Shown here one piece after another: positions 1 through 7,901 of a stretch of 64,000 bases of DNA. Under the pieces are notes generated by a model. The model was not told the DNA's origin. It was given only the letters and a program-made list of their open reading frames with translations, and did not search any database. The position numbers and the translations under genes are program-made. Source of the DNA: Phycisphaerales bacterium (GTDB lineage: Bacteria > Planctomycetota > Phycisphaerae > UBA1845); the NCBI GenBank assembly GCA_013140575.1, contig JABFSN010000155.1, positions 2,531 through 66,530 of the forward strand, written 5' to 3'. The first letter of the stretch is position 1; every line of letters begins with the position of its first letter.

Positions 1-123
1 ATGGCGGACGCGGAACTTGCACCCTGTCCGGGAGGCGACGGAGTCATTGACATTTTCGACATATTGGCCGTCCTTGATGCGTTCGCAGGGAACAACGCCT
101 GCGATTGTCCGGCCGGGCCGTGA
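1..123 (+). CDS. 3' end (last 40 codons) of a gene truncated by the window edge; Cys-capped dockerin-like C-terminal tail
   Basis: Frame 1 reads MADAELAPCPGGDGVIDIFDILAVLDAFAGNNACDCPAGP*. This closely matches the last ~35 aa of the 1542-aa protein ending at 58022 (DLAPCPAGDEMIDIFDILAVLDAFAGSNGCCSP*). The first ATG is probably internal and the gene continues upstream of the window. Confidence 0.7.
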   Translation: MADAELAPCPGGDGVIDIFDILAVLDAFAGNNACDCPAGP

Positions 124-146
124 AACGGCGGTCCGGCGGCGGGGGG

Positions 147-1226
147 TTATTCGATGGACAACGTGGGTTGGGCGCTGGGTTGCAGGTTGCGAATGCTGAT
201 TTGTCCGGCGGTGGCGGTGGCGACGTTTTGAATGGCCTGCAGGATGGCGTCGCCGGCCGACGAGAATAGTTTTTCGGGCGTGCCCTCGCCGATCAGAATG
301 CGCACGTCGGTGTTCAGCGGGATTGCGCCCAGGAAGGGGACGCCGAGTTCCTCGGCCGATCGCTTGGCGCCGCCGTGGTCGAAGATTTCGTCGCGGTGGC
401 CGCAGTGGGGGCAGATGTAGAAGCTCATGTTTTCGACGATGCCGAGGCAGGGAACGTTCAACTGGCGGTACATCATCAACGCGCGGCGGGCGTCGAGAAG
501 GGCCACGTCCTGCGGGGTGCAGACGATGACGGCGCCGGTCATGGGCAGCGACTGGGCGAGGGTCAGGGGCACGTCGCCGGTGCCGGGGGGCAGATCGACG
601 ACGAGATAGTCGAGCGGGCCCCAATTCACCTGTTCAAGAAACTGCTTGACGACGCCGTGCACCATCGGGCCGCGCCAGATCAGCGGTTTGTCGGGGTCGA
701 TCATGAAGCCAATGCTCATCAATTTGATGCCGCGGGCGTCGACGGGCAGGATGTGGTCGCCATCGACCGCGGGCTTGGCGCCGGCGACGCCCATCATCGT
801 GGGGATGGACGGACCGTAGACGTCGGCGTCCATCAGTCCGACCGTGGCGCCGGCGCGATGCAGGCCGACGGCGAGGAGGGCGGCCACGGTGCTTTTGCCG
901 ACACCGCCCTTTCCGGCGCCGACGGCGAAAATGTTTTTGACGTCAGGCAGGATGTTCCGCGGGCGGTTGTCGGCGCGGACCTGGCCGCTGAATTCGACGT
1001 GCACCTCGCGGACGCCGTCGAGCGATTGAATCGCCCGGGTCACGTCGCGGGTGATCTGGTCCTTCATGGGACAAGCGGGGGTGGTCAGTTCGACGTGGAC
1101 GTTTACGCGGCCGTCGTCGATGGCGACGTTTTTGATCATTTTGAGCGAGACGAGATCGCGGTGGAGTTCGGGGTCGTTGACCGTGCGAAGGACGGCCATG
1201 ATGTCGTCGCGCGTGGGTTTTGGCAT
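147..1226 (-). CDS. apbC: Fe-S cluster carrier ATPase, Mrp/ApbC (NBP35) family
   Basis: It has a DUF59-like N-terminus (DIMAVLRTVNDPELHRDLVSL), a deviant Walker A (GKGGVGKST) and a CPHCGH motif. The ORF track runs to 1370, but the ATG at 1226 (MPKPTRDD) removes a 48-aa leader with no family resemblance. Confidence 0.9.
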   Translation of the reverse strand: MPKPTRDDIMAVLRTVNDPELHRDLVSLKMIKNVAIDDGRVNVHVELTTPACPMKDQITRDVTRAIQSLDGVREVHVEFSGQVRADNRPRNILPDVKNIFAVGAGKGGVGKSTVAALLAVGLHRAGATVGLMDADVYGPSIPTMMGVAGAKPAVDGDHILPVDARGIKLMSIGFMIDPDKPLIWRGPMVHGVVKQFLEQVNWGPLDYLVVDLPPGTGDVPLTLAQSLPMTGAVIVCTPQDVALLDARRALMMYRQLNVPCLGIVENMSFYICPHCGHRDEIFDHGGAKRSAEELGVPFLGAIPLNTDVRILIGEGTPEKLFSSAGDAILQAIQNVATATAGQISIRNLQPSAQPTLSIE

Positions 1227-1455
1227 CGGGTCACTATAACGCATCCGTCGCGCGTTCGCCACGTGAGGCGATGCGGGGTGCGTGACGGAATCGGCGAGCG
1301 GGGCGTAGGCGCGTTGGGCCGCGGTTGCGGGATACCCGAGGGCTTGCGCCCCCGGCTCTGATCGGCGCACGCGTCATCAACGGGCGCCGTGAACACGGAA
1401 CATCGGATTGGTTTGCGCGTTGACGGCGCGTTGAACACGCCTACAATCGGCAGTC

Positions 1456-1785
1456 ATGTCTGAATTGGCCGGGAAGGATTGCGTGCCGTGTCGCGGCGGG
1501 GTTCCGCCGTTGGACGATGCGCGGGTCGGGGCGCTGCTGGGCGAGCTGGACGGCTGGCATGTCGAGGACGGGTTTCACCTGACGCGGACGTTCACGTTTC
1601 CCGATTTCGCGACGGCGCTGGCGTTCGTCAATCGGATCGGGGCGATGGCCGAGCAGCAGGGCCATCACCCGGATATCTTCCTGGCGTGGGGCAGGGTCCA
1701 GGTGACGATTTGGACACACAAGATCAACGGGCTGACGGAAAGCGATTTTGTTTTCGCGGCCAAGGTGGACCGGTTGGAGCGGTAG
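1456..1785 (+). CDS. phhB: 4a-hydroxytetrahydrobiopterin dehydratase (PCD/DCoH)
   Basis: The 109-aa product carries CVPCRGG...LDGWHV...LTRTFTFPDF...QGHHPDI...WTH, typical of the pterin-4a-carbinolamine dehydratase family. Confidence 0.9.
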   Translation: MSELAGKDCVPCRGGVPPLDDARVGALLGELDGWHVEDGFHLTRTFTFPDFATALAFVNRIGAMAEQQGHHPDIFLAWGRVQVTIWTHKINGLTESDFVFAAKVDRLER

Positions 1786-1922
1786 TGTTCCGGCGCAGCG
1801 AGATGTTCGAGTCGGCGTCGAGTGATACGGACAACGGTACGTATGTGAATAGCGTCGCGCCGATCGATTCCTCCGCCCCTGCCGGGGCGGGCGGAAAAAC
1901 GGGGACGTCCTCCACGGGTTCC

Positions 1923-1976
1923 GCGAGGCTGCGCCTCGCTCCACCCGTGGCTACAGTCCTGCGCCCCTACGGGGCG
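1923..1976 (+). repeat. Divergent member of the double-hairpin intergenic repeat family
   Basis: gcgaggc-tgc-gcctcgc hairpin, then a ggcta linker, then cgcccc-tac-ggggcg hairpin. This is the same architecture as the cores at 4432, 4549, 22179, 24752, 28964 and 45049. Confidence 0.5.
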
Positions 1977-2007
1977 GAATGCACGGGGACCCCAGCAAGG
2001 CGCTAAT

Positions 2008-2035
2008 CAAGGACAACGGTACGCCGTTGTCCTTG
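2008..2035. repeat. Perfect 12-bp-stem hairpin (caaggacaacgg-tacg-ccgttgtccttg)
   Basis: Read directly from the sequence. A half copy (ggacaacggtacg) lies near 1834. It sits in the phhB-pdxJ spacer and no U-tract follows. Confidence 0.6.
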
Positions 2036-2214
2036 TGCGGTGCGCTCGGATGATAATGAACGCCGCGTGTGGTGCGGAAGAGGAGACCACGGGCAAGCGA
2101 GTACCCTTGCCCGTGCCACCCGCTGCTTGGCCCGTTCGCGGGGAGTTGACGAGGGTGAATCCGGCAGACGGCGGCTGAAACCCGCCCTACAGTTACGGCG
2201 TCGAGGGGCGGTGC

Positions 2215-2958
2215 ATGTCTATTCGGCTGGGGGTGAACATCGACCACGTAGCCACGGTGCGGCAGGCGCGGCGGACCGACGAGCCGAGCGTGGTGTGGGC
2301 GGCGGCCGAGGCGGAGCTGGGGGGGGCGGACGGGATCACGTTTCATCTGCGCGAGGATCGACGGCACATTCAGGACGAGGACGCCCGGCTGTTGAAGCGG
2401 ACGGTGACGGTGCGTCTGAACATGGAAATGTCGATCGCGGCCGAGATCGTGGGCATCGCATGCGAGATTCACCCGACGGTATGCACGCTGGTGCCCGAGA
2501 AGCGGGAGGAATTGACGACGGAAGGCGGATTGGACGTTGTTCGGCTGCGCCCGCGGGTTTCGGAGGCGGTGCGGCGTTTGCGCGACGGGGGGATGGAAGT
2601 CAGCGGGTTCATCGAGCCAAGCGGCGATCAGATTCACGCGTGCGCGGAGGCGGGTTTCGACGCGGTGGAATTGTGGACGGGCGGGTACGCGCATGCGCGG
2701 ACCGAAGCCGAGGTGGACGCGGCGCTGACGGTGTTGGCGGATGGCGTGCGAACAAGCCGGGAGGCGGGATTGACGGTATTGGGCGGACATGGTTTGACTT
2801 ACCGGAATGTGGCGCGGGCGGCCGCTATTCCGGGATTCGTGGAGTTCAACATCGGTCATTCGATCGTGTCGCGTTCGGTTTTCGTGGGGATGCGCGAGGC
2901 GGTTCGAGCGATGAAGGAACTAATGGTGCGCGGCGAACGAGCGCCGATGCCGCGTTGA
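2215..2958 (+). CDS. pdxJ: Pyridoxine 5'-phosphate synthase
   Basis: MSIRLGVNIDHVATVRQARR...GITFHLREDRRHI...FNIGHSIV; the length of 247 aa is typical for PdxJ. Confidence 0.95.
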   Translation: MSIRLGVNIDHVATVRQARRTDEPSVVWAAAEAELGGADGITFHLREDRRHIQDEDARLLKRTVTVRLNMEMSIAAEIVGIACEIHPTVCTLVPEKREELTTEGGLDVVRLRPRVSEAVRRLRDGGMEVSGFIEPSGDQIHACAEAGFDAVELWTGGYAHARTEAEVDAALTVLADGVRTSREAGLTVLGGHGLTYRNVARAAAIPGFVEFNIGHSIVSRSVFVGMREAVRAMKELMVRGERAPMPR

Positions 2959-3009
2959 GGCGTTGGGAGCGCGGTAAAGAACTCGCGGGAAGGGATTCCC
3001 GCAAGTGTG

Positions 3010-3033
3010 GGTGCGAGAAGGTATTCTCGCACC
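3010..3033 (+). repeat. GGTGCGAGAA-GGTA-TTCTCGCACC hairpin repeat, copy 1, preceded by a related hairpin at 2985-3002
   Basis: It has a perfect 10-bp stem. Related copies are at 22040-22059 and 41784-41807. All three lie just 3' of plus-strand genes. Confidence 0.7.
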
Positions 3034-3051
3034 AGCGTGGGAGGATCAATA

Positions 3052-4305
3052 ATGCGACGATGGCACGTCAGGCTCGCGGCATTGTGGCTGGTGGTTCCCG
3101 CGGCGCTGGGGGCGGACGGGCCGGAGGGGGTGGGCAACGACGAATGCGTCGTGTTTTACGGAGATAAGACCGTCTACCCGCCGGGGTTCGGGTACGTGGT
3201 GGAGAATTTCATCCGCGTGCGGTATCCCGCGTCGACGTCGCGTTTCTGGCACGTGGGGGCGCCGGGGGATGAATTCGAGCGGGTCGAGACGCTAAACGCA
3301 TGGTTTGACGAACTGGTCGTGCCGCTGCATCCCACGGTGATCGTGCTGAGCACGGGTTTGGGCGACGGTTTGTTTCAGAAGCCGGACGAAGCGCGGTTGG
3401 CGACGGTGGCGAGCGAGTATGGGCGGTTGATCGACCGGTGTCTGACGTCGGGCGCGCGGGTGTATGTGGTGACGCCGCCGCCGCCGAGCATCGCCCGCAA
3501 GCAGGTTCTGGGGTCGCTCCATTACGACGGGACGGTGAAACGAATCGGGGACGCCATCGCGGGCGTGGCCCGGGAGAAGGGCGTGCCGGTCGTCGATTGG
3601 TACGGGGCGATCGTCACGCTGCAAGCCGGGGGTAAGGCCACCGATCTGACCGGGCGGGACGGTCTGACGCCGTCGGAGTTTTCCCATTCGGTGGCGGCGA
3701 AGGCGTTGATGGAGGCGTGGCGTCTCGAACCGTTGGATGTGTTGGTGACGGTGAATTGGACGGGGCGCACGGTCACGACGTCGCATGGGAGGGCGGAAGT
3801 TGTCGAGGAAAGCTCGAACATCGTTCGATTGAAGTTGAGCGAGTTTCCCATACCGCTGCGCATCGTCGGCAATCCTAAAGGCGAGGCGGAAGTCGAGCCG
3901 CCCGCGTGGATGGACCGGTGTCGGATCGTTTTGAAACTGGAGGGGGTGTCCGATGGGCAGATTTCAATCGCCGCGGCCGATTCGGCCGATACGGGACTGA
4001 TGTTTGCGGCGTCGGCGTTGGGCGAGGGGGTAAATCTGGCGGCGGGCGGCCCGGTGTCGCAGCACGCGGCCGTCGTGGGATTGTCCGACTGGATCGCGAA
4101 GAAGAATGCGGCCATGCAGACGATCGAGTTCATGTTGCAGAAGAACCGATCGGAGCCGCCGGAGCGGGAATTGAAGGGGGCGATCGATGCGTTCGTGGAA
4201 GCCGGCCGGCAGTACGTCGCGGGGTGCGAGAAGGTGATTCTGCGGTTGCCGCGGACGATGGATATTGAATTGAGAATCTCGGTGGATACGGGCGGGGGGC
4301 GGTAA
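3052..4305 (+). CDS. Secreted SGNH/GDSL-fold-like protein with an uncharacterised C-terminal half; catalytic motifs appear degenerate
   Basis: The signal-like start MRRWHVRLAALWLVVPAALGADG lies downstream of the hairpin repeat. The blocks resemble SGNH blocks I, III and V, but read VVFYGDKT (GDS to GDK), VIVLSTGLGDG (GxND to GLGDG) and RDGLTPSEF (DGxHP to DGLTP). Confidence 0.5.
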   Translation: MRRWHVRLAALWLVVPAALGADGPEGVGNDECVVFYGDKTVYPPGFGYVVENFIRVRYPASTSRFWHVGAPGDEFERVETLNAWFDELVVPLHPTVIVLSTGLGDGLFQKPDEARLATVASEYGRLIDRCLTSGARVYVVTPPPPSIARKQVLGSLHYDGTVKRIGDAIAGVAREKGVPVVDWYGAIVTLQAGGKATDLTGRDGLTPSEFSHSVAAKALMEAWRLEPLDVLVTVNWTGRTVTTSHGRAEVVEESSNIVRLKLSEFPIPLRIVGNPKGEAEVEPPAWMDRCRIVLKLEGVSDGQISIAAADSADTGLMFAASALGEGVNLAAGGPVSQHAAVVGLSDWIAKKNAAMQTIEFMLQKNRSEPPERELKGAIDAFVEAGRQYVAGCEKVILRLPRTMDIELRISVDTGGGR

Positions 4306-4359
4306 GGCGACCAAGGCACGAACGTGTCCTCGGTAAAGGCGTCTGTCGCCCCGCTGGGG

Positions 4360-4528
4360 CTAAATAGAAGCGCACAAAAGGGAAACCGGGTTTCGTCCGT
4401 CCTCCGGACGGGAAACATCGGGGAACCCAATCCAGGGGCTGAAGCCCCTGGCTAAGACCGTTCGCCCTACGGGCGAAGACTCGCGCGTCATGATGAAGTC
4501 GGGTTCCCAATTCCGTGGTTCTAGTTAG
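4360..4528 (+). repeat. MITE-like ~170-bp interspersed element, copy 1 (imperfect ~28-bp terminal inverted repeats, multi-hairpin interior)
   Basis: The termini are ctaaatagaagcgcacaaaagggaaaccg and cgggttcccaattccgtggttctagttag, which are imperfect reverse complements. Copies at 24680-24848 and, inverted, 44984-45165 align over the full length. No ORF is present. Confidence 0.75.
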
Positions 4529-4548
4529 TCCGGGCGGCCCGGACGTTT

Positions 4549-4593
4549 CCGGGGGCTGACGCCCCCGGCTATTGACTGTCGCCCCCGTGGGGC
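4549..4593 (+). repeat. Solo 45-bp double-hairpin core repeat
   Basis: The sequence is ccgggggc-tgac-gcccccgg ctattgactgtc gcccc-cgt-ggggc. A nearly identical copy lies at 28964-29008. Its TTG creates a spurious MTVAP.GL N-terminal extension in the ORF track. Confidence 0.75.
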
Positions 4594-4646
4594 TGACCGA
4601 AGAATCAAGAGTGACGAGCAACTCGTTCGAAGGCGGAGGTCGATCC

Positions 4647-5534
4647 ATGGATGGGCGGTTTCGCGGGACGTACACGGCGCTGGTGACGCCGTTCAAGGAT
4701 GAAGCGATCGACCACGCGGGGATGGAGGCGCTGGTCGAGCGGCAGATTGCGGCGGGAATCGACGGGGTTGTGCCGTGCGGGAGCACGGGCGAAAGTGCAA
4801 CGTTGTCGCACGCCGAACAGCATGAATTGATTCAAGGGGTCGTGCTGCATGTCGGCGGGCGTTGCAAGGTGTTGGCCGGGACGGGATCGAACTGCACGGA
4901 CGCGGCCGTCGCCATGACGCGGGAGGCGGAATCGAGCGGGGCGGACGGGGCGCTGGTGGTGACGCCGTATTACAATCGTCCGACGCAGGAGGGGTTGTTT
5001 CGGCATTACGCGGCCATCGCGGAATCGACGTCGCTGCCGATCGTGTTGTACAACGTGCCGGCGCGATGTTCCGTGGACCTGGCCAACGAGACGGTTCTGC
5101 GGTTGCGGGAACGATTCAGGAACATAGTGGCCATCAAGGACGCGAGCGGCGGGACGGATCGGGTTACGGAGTTGGTGACGCGAAGCGACATTGATGTATT
5201 GAGCGGGGATGACGAACACACGCTGGCGATGATGGCGCTGGGGGCCCGCGGCGTGATCAGTGTCATGTCCAATCTTGCGCCGGCGTGGATGAAATCGCTG
5301 GTCGACGCGGCCGCTGCGGGGGCGTTCGATTCTGCCCGGGAATGGCACGGGCGGGTGGCGGCATTGATTCGGGCGATCGGCAGGTTGGGGCCGAATCCGA
5401 TTCCGATCAAGACTGCGTTGGCGGTTCGCGGGTTGATCCGCGAGGAGTTTCGGCTGCCGCTGTGCCCCATGGAGGCGCGGGACCGGAATGTGGTGGTCGA
5501 GGCATTGAAGCGACTGGAAGTGCCCGCGGGGTGA
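4647..5534 (+). CDS. dapA: 4-hydroxy-tetrahydrodipicolinate synthase
   Basis: GTYTALVTPF...GVVPCGSTGESATLS...VVTPYYNRP...YNVP...AIKDASG. The start was moved to the ATG at 4647 (MDGRFRG) because 4572-4646 is repeat sequence. Confidence 0.93.
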   Translation: MDGRFRGTYTALVTPFKDEAIDHAGMEALVERQIAAGIDGVVPCGSTGESATLSHAEQHELIQGVVLHVGGRCKVLAGTGSNCTDAAVAMTREAESSGADGALVVTPYYNRPTQEGLFRHYAAIAESTSLPIVLYNVPARCSVDLANETVLRLRERFRNIVAIKDASGGTDRVTELVTRSDIDVLSGDDEHTLAMMALGARGVISVMSNLAPAWMKSLVDAAAAGAFDSAREWHGRVAALIRAIGRLGPNPIPIKTALAVRGLIREEFRLPLCPMEARDRNVVVEALKRLEVPAG

Positions 5535-5660
5535 TTCCGTCGAGCGGTCCGGCACACCCGCGTATTTGGGTCGGGCGCTCCGATCAGAATTCGCCACGCA
5601 GATGGCGAGTGGCGATCGGGCAACGCGATTCAGTAAGTGAAACGCCGCGGCGGGCGAGTT

Positions 5661-6995
5661 TCAATCGTCGACGCGAGCGAGAATACGCGCTCCGATCACG
5701 AAACACACGGCGCCCGCGCCGATGAGCACGCCGCAGGGCAGCAACATTTCCGACAGTTCGAACCCGCGCCAGATGGCGCCCTCCAGCGACAAGATGCCCC
5801 ATTTGACGAGGCTGAAATGACTCATGTTTTTCATGAACGCGGGCATGAACGCCAGCGGGACCATGCCGCCGCCGAACATGCACATGAACACAATGATCGC
5901 CCAGCCGGCGCCGCTGACGGACTGCTCGGTCCGACCGATGACGGACATCAACATCATCAGTCCGACCATGCCCAGCGCCGTGCAGACCGTGGCCAGGATC
6001 AACAGCCCCGGACTGGTCAGTTGGATGCCGATGATCAGCCCCAATCCCATCATGATGGCGACGACGGCCAACACGGACACGAAGCAGGCCAGCGCCTTGC
6101 CGGCCAGAACGTGTGTGCGCGTGATGGGGGCGATTTTCAAGCGGAAGAACGTGCCCGCGGTGCGTTCCTTGGCTACGGTGACGGCGAAGCCGGCCACGCA
6201 GGCCATCACCCCCCACATGATCGCCGACGGGAAACTGATATCCCATGGCGAGCGCGGCCGGCCGCGGATGCCGGCGAATGGGCCGCGGTCGTTCCCGGCG
6301 GCTGATTCGAGCGACACCTTCTCGATCCGCGCGATCTCCATCGACGGCCCGAATCCACTGGTTTGTCCGTCGCCAGCCTTGCTGAGCGCGTCGACCTGTT
6401 CCTCCATGGTCGCCAGGAATCCATCGACGCTGCGCAGCAACCCCTGCACGATGGTCCGCTGCACCGGTGGCATGTCCGTATCCGACGCGGTCTCCTCGAT
6501 CATGCGGTTGATCTGCGGGCGCATATCGGCCGGGTTCATGAACCGCTTCTGAATCAGGACGCCCATGGCCTGCATGATCATGCCCTCGAGCATGGCCCCT
6601 TCGGCGGCGCGGGCGGGGTCGACGCCCAGCCGTAGGGCGGGCGCTTTGCCCCAGATGAGGCCGGCCGTTTCGCCGAAGCCCTTGGGAATCTCGATGAATG
6701 CGGTCAGTTTCCCCTTGCGCACTTGATCGGCGGCCTGCTCGACGGGGAACTGTTGAATGGACAGCGATTCCAGCTTGATGAGTTGTTCGACGAACAGCCG
6801 GGACATGTCCGAGGCGTCGTTGTCGGTCACGGCGACGCTGATGGACTTTTCCTGGGGCTGGTCGCTGAACGAGGCCTGAATCGTTCCGAACAGCAGACCC
6901 ATCACGAGGGGGAAAACGAAAATAAAGAACATGCCCAGCAGGTCGCGGGACATGATCCGCAGGTCCTTGACGGCGAGTGTGACGATAGCGCCCAT
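5661..6995 (-). CDS. ABC-2 type transporter permease
   Basis: The 444-aa product has an N-terminal TM helix, a large extracytoplasmic loop and then about 5 C-terminal TM helices. It is translationally coupled to the upstream ABC ATPase (overlap at 6995). Confidence 0.8.
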   Translation of the reverse strand: MGAIVTLAVKDLRIMSRDLLGMFFIFVFPLVMGLLFGTIQASFSDQPQEKSISVAVTDNDASDMSRLFVEQLIKLESLSIQQFPVEQAADQVRKGKLTAFIEIPKGFGETAGLIWGKAPALRLGVDPARAAEGAMLEGMIMQAMGVLIQKRFMNPADMRPQINRMIEETASDTDMPPVQRTIVQGLLRSVDGFLATMEEQVDALSKAGDGQTSGFGPSMEIARIEKVSLESAAGNDRGPFAGIRGRPRSPWDISFPSAIMWGVMACVAGFAVTVAKERTAGTFFRLKIAPITRTHVLAGKALACFVSVLAVVAIMMGLGLIIGIQLTSPGLLILATVCTALGMVGLMMLMSVIGRTEQSVSGAGWAIIVFMCMFGGGMVPLAFMPAFMKNMSHFSLVKWGILSLEGAIWRGFELSEMLLPCGVLIGAGAVCFVIGARILARVDD

Positions 6996-7885
6996 CAGTC
7001 CCGCAGGCTCCTTCCGGTCAGCGTCAGGAAGACGGATTCCAGATCGGGCTGATCGACGTGAAACGTCTTGAACACGACGCCGGCACGAGTCAGCCGCATC
7101 AGCTCCTCGACGGGTTTTTCTGTTTCAAAGCGTAGCGACGTTCCCTCGACCTGCCCCGGCAGCGTGGACGGATCGTTCACCGGGCGCTCGAGTTCGGCCG
7201 TGACCACGGGGCGCCGGCCGTGACGGGCGATCAGGTTGGGCACGGTGTCGCAGTCCAGGAGCTTGCCGCGGTCCATGATGGCCACGCGATCGCACAGGCG
7301 TTGCGCTTCTTCCATGTAGTGCGTGGTGTACAGGACGGTCAGGCCGTCCTGTTTGAGGCGCTCGATGATCTCGAAAATGTGATTGCGCGATTGCGGATCG
7401 ACGCCGGCCGTGGGTTCATCGCACAAGAGAATCGGCGGGCTGGGTAGCAGGGCGCACGCCAGGTTCAGCCGCCGCTGCATGCCGCCCGAATAGGTTTTGG
7501 CCCGCGAATGGCGGCGGTCCTTCAGGCCGGCGAAGTCCAATGCCCATTCGACGCGTTCGGTCAGCCGCTTGCCGGTCACGCCGTACAACCGGCCGAAAAA
7601 CGCGAGGTTTTCCTGCCCGGTGAGGTCTTCGTAGAGCGCCACGCGCTGCGGGGCGATGCCCAGGCCGCGGCGCACTTCCGGGCGCGACGGGTCGGATGCG
7701 CCATTGACGGTCACCGATCCCGAATCGGGCCGGATCGCCCCGACCAGCATGTGAATCGTGGTGGATTTGCCGGCGCCGTTGGGCCCCAGCAGGCCGAACG
7801 TTTCGCCGCGCTTGATGTCCAGCGAGACATCATCGACGGCTACCAGTGTGCCGTAGGATTTGCGAAGGTGTTCAGCGTGAATCAT
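6995..7885 (-). CDS. ABC transporter ATP-binding protein
   Basis: It has Walker A (GPNGAGKST), the signature motif (YSGGMQRRL) and Walker B (LLCDEPTAGVD). The start is set at MIHAEHLRKSYG (ATG at 7885). Confidence 0.9.
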   Translation of the reverse strand: MIHAEHLRKSYGTLVAVDDVSLDIKRGETFGLLGPNGAGKSTTIHMLVGAIRPDSGSVTVNGASDPSRPEVRRGLGIAPQRVALYEDLTGQENLAFFGRLYGVTGKRLTERVEWALDFAGLKDRRHSRAKTYSGGMQRRLNLACALLPSPPILLCDEPTAGVDPQSRNHIFEIIERLKQDGLTVLYTTHYMEEAQRLCDRVAIMDRGKLLDCDTVPNLIARHGRRPVVTAELERPVNDPSTLPGQVEGTSLRFETEKPVEELMRLTRAGVVFKTFHVDQPDLESVFLTLTGRSLRD

Positions 7886-7901
7886 GTTGCGTCCAATCGG
7901 C

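Noticed and set aside
375-1361. A 328-aa plus-strand ORF antisense to apbC.
   Set aside because: It is a mirror-frame ORF typical of high-GC DNA, with Gly/Ala/Asp/His/Val-rich composition and no motifs. The opposite strand has an unambiguous Mrp/ApbC match.
2040-3167. A 375-aa Gly/Arg-rich plus-strand ORF overlapping pdxJ in another frame.
   Set aside because: It is a frame-shifted shadow of pdxJ that continues through the hairpin repeats. It has low-complexity composition and no motifs.
4572-4646. N-terminal extensions MTVAPVGL... (dapA ORF) and MTVAPTGL... (GT9 ORF at 28987-29142) that look like a conserved peptide.
   Set aside because: The shared peptide comes from translating the 45-bp double-hairpin repeat (TTG within ctattgactgtcgcccc). 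It is repeat DNA, not coding sequence, so the starts were moved downstream.
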